64,000 bases of DNA from contig JBBRTD010000001.1 of NCBI GenBank assembly GCA_038244685.1, positions 259,569-323,568 of the forward strand, in the 5' to 3' direction. Position numbers and translations under genes: made by a program. Under the pieces are notes generated by a model. It was not told where the DNA came from, ran no database searches, and saw only the letters and a program-made list of their open reading frames with translations. Origin of the DNA: Minisyncoccia bacterium (GTDB taxonomy: Bacteria > Patescibacteriota > Minisyncoccia > Phycocordibacterales > UBA9973). Shown one piece after another: positions 63,673 through 64,000 of the stretch (the first letter of the stretch is position 1; each line of letters begins with the position of its first letter).

Positions 63673-64000
63673 ATGTCAGACTTTAAAATCAATAAAATTA
63701 AAGGTCCAAATAACAGCGAAGTTTCTTTCTGTCCGGAAAGAGGGGGAATTGTCACTTCTCTTAAGCTGAAAGGTAAAGAAATATTTTATTTCGACAAGGA
63801 AACATTTCAAGACAAGGGCGAAAGCGTCCGCGGTGGAATTCCTATTCTTTTCCCAAATATGGGAGAGCTTAAAGAAGAATCAATTTATCCAAACTTAAAA
63901 AGACATGGTTTTGCTAGAAACTTAACTTGGAATACAGAAGAAATAGATAAAGGATTTAAAGAAATTTTACTTTCAAATAAAGAGACAAGAAAAATATATC
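63673..64000 (+). CDS. Aldose 1-epimerase-like protein, 3'-truncated at the window edge.
   Basis: Motif GGIPILFPN resembling the mutarotase-family signature. The ORF runs off the end of the window. Confidence 0.45.
   Translation, partial: MSDFKINKIKGPNNSEVSFCPERGGIVTSLKLKGKEIFYFDKETFQDKGESVRGGIPILFPNMGELKEESIYPNLKRHGFARNLTWNTEEIDKGFKEILLSNKETRKIY

Noticed and set aside
1-64000. Alternative genetic code (UGA recoded as Gly, as in some CPR lineages).
   Set aside because: Long housekeeping genes (polA 803 aa, PBP1A 859 aa, dnaA, uvrD, pilB) are intact with standard stops and end at plausible positions. Standard code 11 fits.

Overview
This 64-kb window is low-GC (roughly one-third GC), gene-dense bacterial chromosome read with the standard genetic code; large housekeeping genes are intact, so a UGA-recoded code is unlikely. 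The compact genes, absence of Shine-Dalgarno sites and the many secreted or membrane-anchored hypothetical proteins suggest a small-genome, Patescibacteria/CPR-like organism, but this is inference. All products are assigned from motifs I could read, because no homology search was possible.

Layout, left to right:
- 1..1893: a 5'-truncated repeat-containing ORF, then a UvrD/PcrA helicase and RsmA/KsgA.
- about 4.7-21.6 kb: a run of plus-strand genes for secreted and membrane proteins that includes type IV secretion hallmarks. These are a VirB6/TrbL-like polytopic protein, a VirB3-like small membrane protein, and a VirB4 ATPase that is apparently split into two ORFs. No relaxase, VirD4, integrase or transposase is visible.
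- 21.6-26.7 kb: the classic origin neighbourhood (jag, yidC, yidD, rnpA, rpmH, dnaA, dnaN). rpmH is missing from the ORF track.
- 26.7-34.5 kb: PBP1A, tyrS, ruvC, ruvB and a PilB/GspE-type pilus ATPase.
- 34.5-39.2 kb: two surface-protein genes sharing a duplicated promoter and structured 5'UTR, then an 875-aa tandem-repeat surface protein.
- 39.2-56.8 kb: tsaE, polA, a TrmH-like methyltransferase, mutM, ruvA, rpsT, a type IV pilin, malic enzyme, HIT, ruvX, DedA, a PilM/N fusion, a PilO-like protein, an RluA-family synthase and rplS.
- 56.8-64.0 kb: more secreted proteins and a VKOR-like oxidoreductase.

Seven tRNAs were found by hand: Lys-TTT, Arg-GCG, Ser-TGA, Arg-TCT, Val-TAC, Leu-GAG and His-GTG. 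There is no CRISPR array.

The most unusual signals are these:
1. Homologous structured elements of about 186 nt follow tRNA-Leu and tRNA-His. Each ends in a degenerate copy of its tRNA 3' end, and their hairpins co-vary.
2. A duplicated promoter plus hairpin 5'UTR precedes two surface-protein genes.
3. A T4SS-like locus carries a split VirB4 and a novel repeated roughly 55-aa domain.
4. Promoters are pervasively leaderless-type, with an extended -10 box 5-16 nt before the start codon.
5. A terminator family shows compensatory base changes between its two copies.
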